Source: Stegostoma tigrinum (Eukaryota). Taken from it: a stretch of 64,000 nucleotides of DNA. This document shows positions 25,599 through 36,988 of the stretch, piece by piece. The stretch is from contig NC_081354.1 of the NCBI RefSeq assembly GCF_030684315.1, forward strand, positions 76,831,222-76,895,221. Reading direction: 5' to 3'. The notes beneath the pieces were generated by a model. That model had not been told where the DNA came from, ran no database searches, and saw nothing but the letters and a program-made list of their open reading frames with translations. How positions within the stretch are numbered: the stretch's first letter is position 1; each line of letters starts with the position of its first letter. A program made the position numbers and the translations under genes.

Positions 25599-25855
25599 AA
25601 CCAGTCCAACCTGTCTCTGCCTCCCTAACCGGTTCTTCCTCTCACCCATCCCTTCCTCCCACCCCAAGCCGCACCCCCAGCTACCTACTAACCTCATCCC
25701 ACCTCCTTGACCTGTCTGTCTTCCCTGGACTGACCTATCCCCTCCCTACCTCCCCACCTATACTCTCCTCCCCACCTATCTTCTTTTCTCTCCATCTTTG
25801 GTCCGCCTCCCCCTCTCTCCCTATTTATTCCAGAACCGTCACCCCATCCCCCTCT

Positions 25856-25883
25856 ATGATGAAGGGTCTAGGCCTGAAACGTC
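25856..25883 (+). ncRNA. Hammerhead motif with core substitution C3>A, probably inactive
   Basis: AUGAUGA-A-GGGU(CUAG)GCCU-GAAAC-GUC. Confidence 0.65.
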
Positions 25884-26149
25884 AGCTTTTGTGCTCCTGA
25901 GATGCTGCTGGGCCTGCTGTGTTCATCCAGCCTCACATTTTATTATCTTGGATTCTCCAGCATCTGCAGTTCCCATTATCACTGAGTCATTTGTCACCAT
26001 GTACCTTACATATTGTTATGTACTGGGGATAAAATTGTCCTGGTTTGGTTCAAGATTGGATTTCCCTTTCCTTTCTAATGCTTCAGCTGAAATTGCAAAT
26101 ACAGGAGAGTAGCACGGAGGGACCTTATAACCAACCACTGGATTTTATA

Positions 26150-26245
26150 ACAAAGTGTGGGGCTGGATGAACACAGCAGGCCAAGCAGCATCTTAGGAGC
26201 ACAAAAGCTGGTGTTTCAGGCCTAGACCCTTCATTAGGAGGGTCT
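26150..26245 (-). mobile_element. Solo ~96-bp PLE pLTR end with a mutated hammerhead and a TSD
   Basis: Reverse complement of the pLTR 3' end, with core CUAAUGA...GAAACACC. 13-bp TSD with one mismatch: actggattttata (26137-26149) and actgaattttata (26246-26258). Confidence 0.85.
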
Positions 26246-27049
26246 ACTGAATTTTATAGTCTTGCTATATTAATGCAGAACTTATACCGGAAGAACACCA
26301 AAACTCTGCAATCTACCAGTGATCTTGCTCACAAAATTTGGATTTGATCACATTTCCTATAATCCGAAAATTTCTGTAAGCATTAGCTGGCATGATTTAT
26401 TCACATGGGCATCATTTTCACGTCTGAGAGAGTTTACTTTGATCCTGTGACATTTTGCCTCCAATGCTAATTAATCAAGGTTGCTGTAGGAGAGAGAAAT
26501 TACTTGGCAGGTGATAAGTATCATGCATGATGGTTCTTTTGAAATACAGTGGGGGCCTTGTATTTGTTTCAAATACCATTCTGATATTAATCTTTATCTA
26601 TTTATAAAGGAATTCAAAAACAACACAGTCACTGGCCTGTTGGGGTGGGTTTCTCTTTCCAAGTGAATAATCCAGGAATTATTCCCAACTAATTAAAAAT
26701 ACATCATTTTGTAGGTGTCGCCCTGGTGCAATATTAAATATTTGCTATGCTATCAAGATGAACTTCACCTCGGTGCATTCTCTAAGCCCTCATGTTATCT
26801 GCTGAAGAATAGTTGCCAGTCACTCTGAAAGGTGGTTTGTACCTATTTGTTTCACCAATACAGTTATCTGTTCCTCCTGTCTCTCAGAAATGCTGACTCA
26901 TATGTAAACTATACAAAGTGTAACATGTGTTTGAACAACATTACAGAGGGTTGCTGTGCTGACAATCATTCTTCAAGGGCATTCCAATTCAGCATGCTTC
27001 TTTTCTTACCTGATGCATATATCTCTCTTTAAGAAAAGGTAGTAGGTGG

Positions 27050-27430
27050 AAATCAAGGGCAAAAATATTTCAAGTACATTAGCATCTCACAATTTTAGGA
27101 AACCCCCAAACAGTGAAGTTTTGTTTTTAAATTTGTTCACTTATTTAAGCACAGCAGTTTCCCGCAAACCATGATGTGACGACAATGATCAGATAATGCT
27201 CCAGTGAGAAGTATTGAGTGATAAATATTGCCAGGACACAACAGAGAACTTCTCTGCTGGACTTTGGATTTATGAGGCAGACAGGGTAGGGCTTCAGTTT
27301 AATATCTCAGACTGCACCACCCTGAGAGCGCTGCATTAAATATCAGCATAGGTAATCCACTCAAATGGTAGGAGTGAGGGTCTTTGACCATTGAACCCAC
27401 AGGGTAGTGTGCTGTAAATTGAGCCCCGCT
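27050..27430 (-). mobile_element. Decayed Deu-domain SINE
   Basis: gataaatattgccaggacacaacagagaacttctctgct...gaggcagacaggg...cagtttaatatctca resembles the reverse strand of the Deu domain, with a tRNA-like head toward 27420. Confidence 0.6.
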
Positions 27431-27644
27431 GTTGCCGGAGGCAAACCAAATGTTAATGTTGTTTTTAAAGTCCACACCATATCCAAATTTACCTGATAGA
27501 AAGCTCAGACCAGGTTTCTGTACTAATCAAGAATTATTAATTATTACGAGTAATTAGACTCTAGCTACAGGTAAACAGATGTAAACCATTGGCATATAAC
27601 ACTACTAATTAAAACTCCACTCCCCTTATAAAGTCCCCCTTAGG

Positions 27645-30200
27645 CACCCACTTACAGGCGAAATAACAGGCGACAAAGCCAAGTTGAGTAAAATCGCTGA
27701 CAAAGATGTAACCTTCTCCGAAAAGCTCAGTGCGTTCTCTGCTTGTTTTGAACAGAAGGTCAGTGAAATGATGCCACCTGCCCTGACAGCCTCAGCAGCA
27801 CCTGTACCCACAGTCACCGCCACATGCATCAGACCAGCCTTCTTCAGGGTGATCCATGGTAATTGACAGGCCTGGATGGAGTCCCCTGAGTGGACCTGCT
27901 GGCAGAAGTATTCGCAAACATCTTTAACCTCACCTTACTGTGATATGAGATTCCCATCTGCTTCAAGAAGACCACCATCATAAGACCACAAGACATAGGA
28001 GCAGAAATTAGGCCATTCAGCCTATCGAGTCTGCTCAACCATTCAATCATACCTGATAAGTTTCTCAACCCTATTCTCCTGCTTTCTCCCCTTAACGCCT
28101 GATCCTCTTGATAATCAAGAACCTATATACTCAATGACCTGGCCTCCACAGCCTTCTGTGGCAGTGAATTCCATAGATTCACCACTCTCTGGCTGAAGAA
28201 GTTTCTCCTAATCTCCATTCCAATAGGTCTTCCCTTTAATCTAAGGCTATGCCGTCGGGTCCTAGTTTCTCCTACCAATGGAAACATCTTCCTAACATCC
28301 ACTCTGTCCAGGCCTTTCAGTATTCTGTAAGTTTCAATTAGACCCCTCCCCTCATTCTTCTAAACCCCCATCGAGTGTAGACTCAGAGTCCTCAAACATT
28401 CCTCATATGTTAAGTTTTTCTTTCCAGGGACCATTCTTGTGAACTTCCTCTGAACTTACTCCAGGGCCAGTATATCTTTCCTGAGCTATGGGGCCCAAAA
28501 CTGCACACAATAATTGAAATGAGGCCTGACAGAACCTCAGAGGTACATCCTGGCTTTTATATTCAAGTCCTCTCAAAAGAAATGCCATTCCATGCATTTG
28601 CCTTCCAAACTACTGACTCAGCCTGTAAGTTTACTGAAGAGAATCCTGAACTCGAACCCCCAAGACTCTTTGCACCTCAGACTTCTGAATTTTCTCCCCA
28701 TTTAGAAAATAGTCCATGCTTTTATTCTTCTTAGCAAAGTACATGACCTCACACTTTCAGTGCTCCATCTGTCCAAATCCTTCTGCAATCTCCCCGCATC
28801 CTCAATACTACCTGCCCCTCTACCTGTTTCATCCCGGTGCTAAAGAAAAATCAGACAACATGCCTTAATGACTGCTCAATAGTTGCTCTGACATCCACTA
28901 TTATGAAATGCTTTGAGAAGTTATTAATGGCAAACATCAACTCCAGCCTCCCAGATTGCTTTAATGTTCTACAATTCACCTACCATCATGATAGATCCAC
29001 GGCTGACACCACCTCCCTGGCCCTACACACATCCTTGGAACATCTGGATAACAAGGACACCTAAATCAGACTCCTAATTACTGACTGTCGCTCTGCCTTT
29101 CAACACCATAATTCCAACCAAACACTTGTCCAAACTCTGGTTCCGAGGACTGTGCTCTCTCCTGCGTAGCTGGATCTTCAGCTTCCTGACTCACAGGCCA
29201 CAATCAGTAAGGATAGACGACAGCACCTACTCCACAATAATCCTCAACACTGGTGTCCACAAGACTGTCCTTTACTTTAGTCCTTAAATACTCACTATTG
29301 TGTGGCCAAATGCAGTTCTAACTCCATTTAAAAATTTGCTGGTGACACCCCTGTAGTGTGTCAGATCTCAAACAGAGATGAGACAGAGTCTGGGAAAAAG
29401 ATAAAGAGTTTAGAGGCACGGTGTCAAGATAACAATCTCTCCCTCAATGTCAGCAAAATGAAGGAGCTGGCCATCATCTTCAGGAAGCAGACTGGAGGAC
29501 ACATCCTTGTCTGTATCAATGGTGCTGAGGTGGAAGTGGTCTAGAGCATCAAGTCCCTTGGACTAACTATTACCAAGGATCTGTCCTCATTCATGCATGT
29601 TGGCACTACTGTCAAGAAAGCATACCAATGCCTCTACTTCCTCATAAGGCAAGAGGAATTTGGCATGTCCACAAGGAATCTGATGAATGTTTATAGATAC
29701 TCCATGGAAAGTATTCTATCCAGATACATCACAGCTTGGCCTGGCAATTGCTCTGCCCAAGACCTCAAGAAATTACAGGAAGTTGTGAATGCAGCTCTGA
29801 CCATAATGAAAACCAGCCTTCCTTCCATTCAATCCATCTATATTCTCTCTGCCCGGGAAAGCAGCCAACATAATCAAAGACCCCTCCCACCCTGCTTATA
29901 TTCTCTTCCACCCTCTTCCATTGAGCAGAAGATACAAAAGTTTGAAAACATATACCAACAGATTTAAGAACATCTTCTTCTCCATTGTTATCATACTTAT
30001 GAAGGGACCTCTGATATATTAGAGTTGATTTTTCTCTGTACCTTCTCTGTAGCTGCGTAACACTATATTCTGTATTCTGTTCGATTACACTGATGTACTT
30101 GCACAAGATATGATCTGTTTGGTTAGCATGCAAAGCAATACTTTTCACTGTGTCTCAGCACAAGTACACTAAGAAGTCAAGTCAAAGATAAATAAATAAA
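27645..30200 (+). mobile_element. Rex1/Babar-clade LINE (RT region and 3' end), split by a CR1 insertion
   Basis: TCLNDCSIVALTSTIMKCFEKL...LQFTYHHDRSTAD..SLALHTSLEHLD (28837..29064), CQDNNLSLNVSKMKEL and VKKAYQCLYFL...ESILS..ITAW.GN. The tail ends aagtcaagtcaaagataaataaataaa. The KTTI|IPV motif is split at 27981/28828. Confidence 0.88.
27982..28828 (-). mobile_element. CR1 LINE 3' fragment nested in the Rex1 element
   Basis: Begins with the CR1 tail (taagaccacaagacataggagcagaaattaggccattcagcc) and contains CR1 ORF2 C-terminal motifs on the minus strand. Confidence 0.88.
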
Positions 30201-31229
30201 TATGGAAAATAGATTATCAGCGGAGATAGAAAAAAAATGGAAAAACAGTTCAGTGGTCTTTGCTTTCCAATTCTGATGTTAAGAAGATTCTACTTTGCCT
30301 AACAAGACCCTTGGTGTTCATTTGTCTTCCTTTGGAAGGTTCTAATGGTTTGCAGTAAGTACACAGTGATTGATTCAGTCGCCATTAAAACGTCTTTTAC
30401 TTATCAGTTTAAATTCAAAAGTCACAGCTCGTAGTAACTGCTGCAGGATATATAAGTGGTTTTCTTCCCGTTTAAGCTGGTTTTGTTTCACTGCTGAGAA
30501 CAGGTAGCTTCTGAGGGGAGCATAACTGCACACACTTCTGTGTCTCTCTCTCTGTGTCTTTCTAACATGTTTCTAGTCCCAACCTGTACGTTTCACTGAG
30601 AACCAATCAGCTTCACTTGTCAACAACTCCATGGCTCCTAATTGTCTCCTCAGTGCAAGAACCCAGAGGCATAAAAACAGAGTTCAAAGTAGGTATTGAA
30701 TTCCTTGCTATGAAATTATGCAGTGATCCTGGTAAATGCCTGTGCTCTTTTTTTTATTAAAGTACAATCCTTACTCCTTGCAGTATGCAGTTTTTAAAAG
30801 ACACCAAAAATAGAAAGACACGGTCCTTCCACCTTAATCCCTAAGATGAGTATGCTGTCAAGTGCTGGTGGTCTATTTGATGACCTGATGAGAAATAAGG
30901 GAGTTTTGAGATGGAGCTCAAGATGATGTAGGATTCGAAGGCAAGCATTGTGGAGAATGTTGATAGCAGTTTTAGAAGGAAGCAGGATCTGCCAAAGGAA
31001 AGGGAGACATTGAGAAGATCGGTGATCAGCGTGTCTGAGAGTAAGATGGTTTGTTCACTCTGCAGGTCAGATCATTAAAGCAATAAGCTGACAATAATAG
31101 ATGAGATGTACAGTAATGTTACAGTTTAACATAAATTTAAGTTTTCAATACCCTAGCCTATAATAGTTGAACCTGAAGACCGATCTAAACTATATTGCTG
31201 ACTCTTTTGAAAGAATTTGAACACACAGC

Positions 31230-31680
31230 AGTGACTTGCATATGTACGGCACCTTTTACATAATGATACGTTCCAAGATATTTCACAGGAGCACTATAAA
31301 ACACAGTGTAACGTTGACCAACTTAAATAGGTATTAATCAAAGAGGTATATTTTAAGGAGTGACTGAGAGGAGGAAAGTGAGGTCAAGAGGTACTGAGGT
31401 AGAGGAATTACAACATGTTAGCAGCAAAGTAAAAAGTGATCAGTCCTAACAGATCTATACTGGTTTCAGTGCTGCACGTAAGCCCATTCCCACCATCCTT
31501 CATCTGACCTTGCTAATCCTATTCTCCTTCAAACATCTAGCTGCCTTCGCTTAGAATGCATATGTGCTTCTTTGCCTCAATAACTGTTTATGGAAGCAAG
31601 TACCATTTTACCTACACTCAGTGAACAAAGGTTTTAGTTATAAACATGATGCCTGATTTGGCCCTGCCTATAAGTACGTT
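31230..31680 (-). mobile_element. Old L2-like 3' end (31230-31410) followed by an old CR1 3' end (31410-31680)
   Basis: Degenerate similarity to other in-window L2 and CR1 3' ends. Confidence 0.45.
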
Positions 31681-32379
31681 TGCTCTGTCTACAGCAGTCT
31701 TGAAAGAGCATGTAGGGAGGAAGTGTTTCCCCTGGCAAGTAACAAGATGTGACAGTTTTCAAATAAATAGAAGAAGTACTAGCTTCCTCTTGAAAGAAGA
31801 CTTCCCCAGGCTCCTCACTTGAGGATAATCTCTGGGTCAGTGTTTGCTAAGCATGAGGCAGCTCTGCCTTCAGTGCTGGCTCCCAGCTCACATCAACGAT
31901 CCTGGCACTTCATCAAATGGCAATAAATTACTGTCTGCCATGCCTGTTTCAATCAGGCCCGCACTTTGCCTCAGCTTCATGCCGTCAATTGGACACCAAA
32001 CCTACTGTCCTGACAATTAACATTGGGCCCCTTGAAAATGAGAGGCTGTGTTTTCTTCTCTCTTTGGCAGGATCAGGATCTGTAATTGATCTTAAAACCA
32101 GTTTCCCAACCCCAAAAGGAAATTCAGACCCATGGACGTTGGCACATAAAATTTGGCTATGACATTCAACACTGCTCACTGGGCCCAGTCCGACCATCCA
32201 AGTGCTTGTACAGGTTTTGGCACATGGGGAAAGAGCAGGAATCCTCAGGCGAAAGTCAGTTGGAGGGGGATTGCATCATATAATGTAGATAAAAGAAGGT
32301 TGATAGCATTGTCTCAGTGTTAAAAATATTAAATTGTCAACAGCAACTGCAGAACTGCAGCTGGTCGCAATTTTATTTT

Positions 32380-32982
32380 GCTAACGATATTTGCATTGAA
32401 GTGTAAGAGTTGGGATGTTATGTCGTGGCTGTACAGGGCATTGGTTTGGCCAGGTTTGGAATTCTGCATTCATTTCTGGTCTCCCTACTAAAGGAAAGAT
32501 GTTGTTAAACTTGAAAGGGTGCAGACAAGATTCACAAGGATATTGCTGGGGTTGGAGGGTTTGAGTTACAGGCTGAATAGGTGGGGCTATTTTCCCTGGA
32601 GCATCGGTGGTTGAGGGGTGACCTTCAAGGTTTATATAATCGTGGGGAGCATGGATAGGGTGAATAACCAAGCTCTTTTTCCCAGGGTGGGGGAGTCCAA
32701 AACTAGACGGCATAGGTTTAAAGTGAGAGGGGAAAAATTTAAAAGGCAAGTAAAGGCCAACATTTTCAATATGTAATGAGCTGCCAGAGGAGTTGGTAGA
32801 GGCTGGTACAGTTACAATAATTAAAAGGCATATGGATGAGTATATGAATAGGAATGGTTTAGAGACATATGGGCCAAATGCTGGCAAATGGGAATGGATT
32901 AATTTAGGATATCTGGTCAGATTGGATGAGTTTTACCAAAGGATCTGTTTCCATGCTGTACATCTCTATGACTCTACGACTT
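32380..32982 (+). mobile_element. CR1 LINE 3' fragment
   Basis: LYRALVWP.LE..IHFWSP, ESKTRRHRFKVRG and ELPEELVEAG motifs, with tail ctctatgactctacgact. Confidence 0.85.
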
Positions 32983-35330
32983 TAAGTATCCCACTTATCT
33001 TCTGGAAAATGGCGTTAGAATGTCTGTCTTCCTTCAAGCTCCAACCACTCACTTGGTTCATGCCGTTTACAAGTCAGAGATTTGTTAGAGAATTTGCCTA
33101 GTACCTCGGATGAATTTGTTCACTGAGTTAAAGGTTAGACACATCTTTTGCCCAACTTTGTGCTCAGTTACATACATGGTGAATTACTGCAGTTAGCACC
33201 TAATTATTCACCACAAACTGAAGTTTGTTATCTATGTCAGAATGTTTTTGTACATTATTGCGTTTTCCACCATTATTCTTGGACGAAGCATGAAGCTGTG
33301 AATGGAGCTCCTTCACTCTTGTTGATTAACATTGTGCTTGTCACAATGAGGAAAGCTAATACTGGCAATCAAGCTAATTTGTATTTGGACAATCAGCTTC
33401 GAGCACTACAAAGTCAAGGTTGTACTCATGGAATGCAATGTTATGGAGTAACAAAATCCCTTGATTTGCTTCAATACCCAAAAGCAATGTTTTTGTTATG
33501 CACATGAGAAATTATACATAAATGCCAATGTAGCAGAAAATTTTTCATTTAATTTCTTTCAGCCAGATTTAACCCAGGTTCTGAAGGCCAATTCATGTCC
33601 CACTGCCCTTGTCTGTCAGAAATTCTGCCCTTCTGCTTATCTGTTCTTATGTGCCTCTGTCTCTTGATCCCAACTGGGGTCAGATGTGCAGAATTTTGCA
33701 GTATGGATACTTTACCATATGCGGTTAAAGAAATAAATGATTAAACTTCACAGATCAGTGTATGTCTGATCTGTAAAAGTGTTTGGCTTCTTTTGAAGCA
33801 AACTGTGTTCAGGACTTGTCAGATCAATAATGGAACGGCATCAGTCGGGGCTAAGGTACTTCAATGATTACTAGACCTTTATTTAATTGTTCTCTGTTAC
33901 ATTTCTGCTTTTAATTTTCGAGGTCTCTCCAACCACTTTGTGGGGATTGGAAAAGGAATTTATTTTCTGGTGCCCTTCGCTTCAAAGCATTCTTGACCTC
34001 ATAAGCATAGTTAATTTGACTTGTTAAGAATTTTAGCAAGGTATACATTCTTTTAAGTCAATTGAATCTGCTTATTTAGGAAACTTTAAATCTTCTAGGA
34101 TTTGAAGCTTTTGTGTTTACTTAATTCTTTGGAAGACGAATACTACCCAGACCTCTTGAAAAGTGCAATGTATGATGCAGTCTCAGATTTCTCACTGGGA
34201 CCATTTTTTCCCACTGATTAAAGATTCCTTTTGTTATTCAACTTTGCATATAGGGGGTGCATTTTGTAGGATTAGGAGATCGTTGTCTGGATTTCCTCAG
34301 TGGGATATTTGGTGGCCTGTGGAGAGGGGCCAAAGGTTATAGCAGCTTTTAGGGAATTTGGTGTACGACCTTTTTCAAATTGTTTTGGATTACCTCAACA
34401 AAACAGCTTATCCCATGTATTCAAGTAACTTATGGTTAAACAAATGCCCAATTGGTATTTTTTAATCTGAATTCTGAGAGAATATTAAACATTAAACTCA
34501 AAGGTAAGTGAGTAACATTTATCTTCAATCTGTCTTTAATAATCAGATTTGCTTTGCATTCTTTTGATCCATTAAAGATTGCCAAATTCATATTAACACT
34601 ATTTCAAAAAAATGTAGTTTAGACATCAATTAAACTTGAAGCTTTGGAATCAGTTTTGAAATATGATTCACTTATATTAGTTTACTGATGGCCATGTTCA
34701 ATCAGAAATAACCATTTGCAAGACTTCTAATTCAGTGACCAGACAAGAAAATTGAAAGTTGTTTGGGCTTTAAAAACAAAATTCATTGCTTTAATAATTT
34801 CAGAAGTAAGTCTTTAAGATTTTTGGGGAAAAACACGCACAGTTTCCTAGAGGATTGAAACCAGCTATATTTTGGTGCTAAAAGATGCAGAGAAAGGAGC
34901 AGATGTGTTTGTATAAAGTGCACTGCATTTGGATCAGTATTGCTTTTTATACCAAATTCTTAAGCACATTAGCCATTGAGACAGAAATATCTTTGCGCAT
35001 TGTTAACAAAACACTGTGCACATCTTTAAAAGCTGGAATAGTGATTGATTGTACTCAAAATTCAAAGCTAAAGTAGCTATGCTCATATAAGCCATTGATT
35101 GCCAAAAAGAACAAGACCATTCTTCAACAGGGTTTTGTGAATCACTAATTCTGTGCAGGTGGTGCCTGGATTGTGACTTTCCTCATTACTGAGGGTCAAG
35201 GTTAAAAAGTGTGGTGGCACAGTTTAATTATCAAAGCAACTTAAAGCCCTGCAGGAGGTCAATTGCAACCATGATTGAAAGGTCTGAGATGTTTTCCTCT
35301 GATTTAGTCTATTTCTTTTTTCTTTTCTAG

Positions 35331-35485
35331 GTTGAGGAAGGAGGGAAAGCGGACTTGCTAACAAGCAAACTGCAGGTGGGGGATGAAGTGGTCAATATCA
35401 ATGATGTGGAGCTGAGTGGCTACAGACAAGAAGCCATCACTCTGGTGAAAGGTTCCTACAAGACCCTGAAGCTGCTCATTCGCAG
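35331..35485 (+). CDS. shroom3: Internal coding exon (155 nt, phase 0 start, phase 2 end) for the C-terminal half of the Shroom PDZ domain: [51 protein letters not shown]
   Basis: Strong acceptor (atttcttttttcttttctag|G), donor (CAG|gtatga) and an open frame. The peptide closely matches the SHROOM3 PDZ as I recall it ([52 protein letters not shown]) and fits SHROOM2/4 less well. Absent from the ORF track. Confidence 0.92.
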
Positions 35486-36154
35486 GTATGAGATGCAGTC
35501 CAGATGAAGATACTCCATAAATCCAGTAAAGACAACTAAAGTACTGGAAAACCTCTGTAAAGGAAGGGAAAATGTATTTGAATCAGACATTGAGAATGAC
35601 TACAGTTTTCATTTCTTTGCAGATGTTATGTGAATTTCTTTGTATTTTTAACATTTTTAAAGCAATTTCCATTCCTGCAAAAGCCCCTGCTTGTTGCAAC
35701 TGATAGAGAGCATCTGAATGTGTTTCATCTGCTTCCCTGCTTCAGAAGCTGTTTTCAAAATTAGATATAATTTAACTTTGTATCATCTGAATAACTTCAA
35801 TCTCTCAATCCTAGCTCATGGATTGACGAAAGAATTACATTTTTATGAATAAGACAGCAGACAAAGCACCAACTCTCTGCATTCGTATTTTTAATTCTAG
35901 TCATTAAAAGGAAGAGCTTGGCAAACAACCTGACTTAGAGAAAGAAAGAAAGAGCTGTAATGTTCCTTAAGAGAAGCAATGCCAAAACAGGAACTGGATT
36001 TAAGTCATCCACTGGGGTGGTTGATCATGACGGTGAACTGACAGTTTCACGTTGCAACCTCCAACCCACACAGGACTGATGTTGCCTTGTCTCATTTTAA
36101 AATCAAACCAGTAAGCTGAAACTGTAGGATGTTTAAATTACAATTTTTAGAGCT

Positions 36155-36487
36155 GAGTCATAGAATCCCTACAGTGTGGAAGCAGGCCTTTTGGCCCATC
36201 AAGTCTGCACCGGCCCTACAAAGAGCATCCCACCTATCCCTGTAACCCTGTATTACCCTAGGCTAACCCACCTAGCCTGCACAACCCTGGACACTATGGG
36301 CAACTTAGCATGGCTGGTCCACCTAATGTGCCCACCTTTGGACTGTGGGATAAAGCCAGAGCCCCCGGAAGAAACCCACACAGGCACAGGGAGAATGTGC
36401 AAACTCCACACAGATGGTCACCCAAGTTTGAAATCGAATCTATGTCCCTGACACTATGAGGCAGCACCTCTAACCACTGAGCCACTA
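36155..36487 (-). mobile_element. HE1-like V-SINE
   Basis: Reverse complement shows the tRNA head (gtggctcagtggttagag), the V-domain and the ctatgactc tail. Confidence 0.85.
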
Positions 36488-36788
36488 GACTGGATGGCAT
36501 CTATACAACATGAACATGAATTTATTTAATGCCTTTGACACAGAAAATTGTTAGAAGGTAAATCACAGGAGTATTTCAAACAAAGGTCAATGCTGAGTGT
36601 AATATTGTGTCCAAACGTTTAGTGAAAATTTTAGGGTTAAAACAAAGTCTTAAAGGAAGAAAGAGACATAAGGAGGTGTGGCAAAGAATTCCAGAGCATA
36701 GGGTCCAGGTGGCCAAAAATGCAGCTAATAATGTTGGTGCAATCAGAAGTGGTGTTGATGCTAATGCAGTGACATCAGCATATATATG

Positions 36789-36988
36789 GATAACAAGTTG
36801 TAGAGCTGGATGAACACAGCAGGCCAGGCAGCATCAGAGGAGCAGGAAAGCTGACGTTCTTCAGAAGAAGAGTGCAGACCCGAAACGTCCGCTTTCCTGC
36901 TCCTCTGATGCTTCCTGGCCTGCTGTGTTCATCCAGCTCTACACTTTGTTATCCCAGACTGTAGCTTGGGCAGTTCCTACTATCTCTG
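36789..36988 (+). mobile_element. Palindromic non-coding PLE mini-element (inverted pLTR ends) with a 14-bp TSD, inserted in an L2-like remnant
   Basis: Arms ~36789-36858 and ~36884-36953 are near-perfect reverse complements. TSD agcatatatatgga at 36777-36790 and 36989-37002. The hammerhead at 36862-36889 has U4>A. Confidence 0.88.

Larger units (their letters stand above)
23490..25984 (+). mobile_element. Neptune-type Penelope-like retroelement, 5'-truncated, with an inverted 5' pseudo-LTR (23490-24051) and a TSD
   Basis: RT and GIY-YIG coding region from 24052. 23490-24051 is the reverse complement of ~25354-25951. TSD agtcatttgtcacca at 23478-23492 and 25985-25999 (the last 3 nt of the left copy overlap the element end). 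Confidence 0.95.

Noticed and set aside
24039-25710. Many overlapping Gly/Trp- or Pro/Ser-rich ORFs on both strands (also 55728-57722)
   Set aside because: They are shadow frames of the strongly C-skewed PLE sequence.
33750-33775. Small hairpin acagatcag...ctgatctgt
   Set aside because: A 9-bp stem is expected by chance in 64 kb and has no supporting context.
35520-35670. Possible very old palindromic pLTR remnant just downstream of the exon (also 59220-59290)
   Set aside because: Similarity is too degenerate to support by eye.
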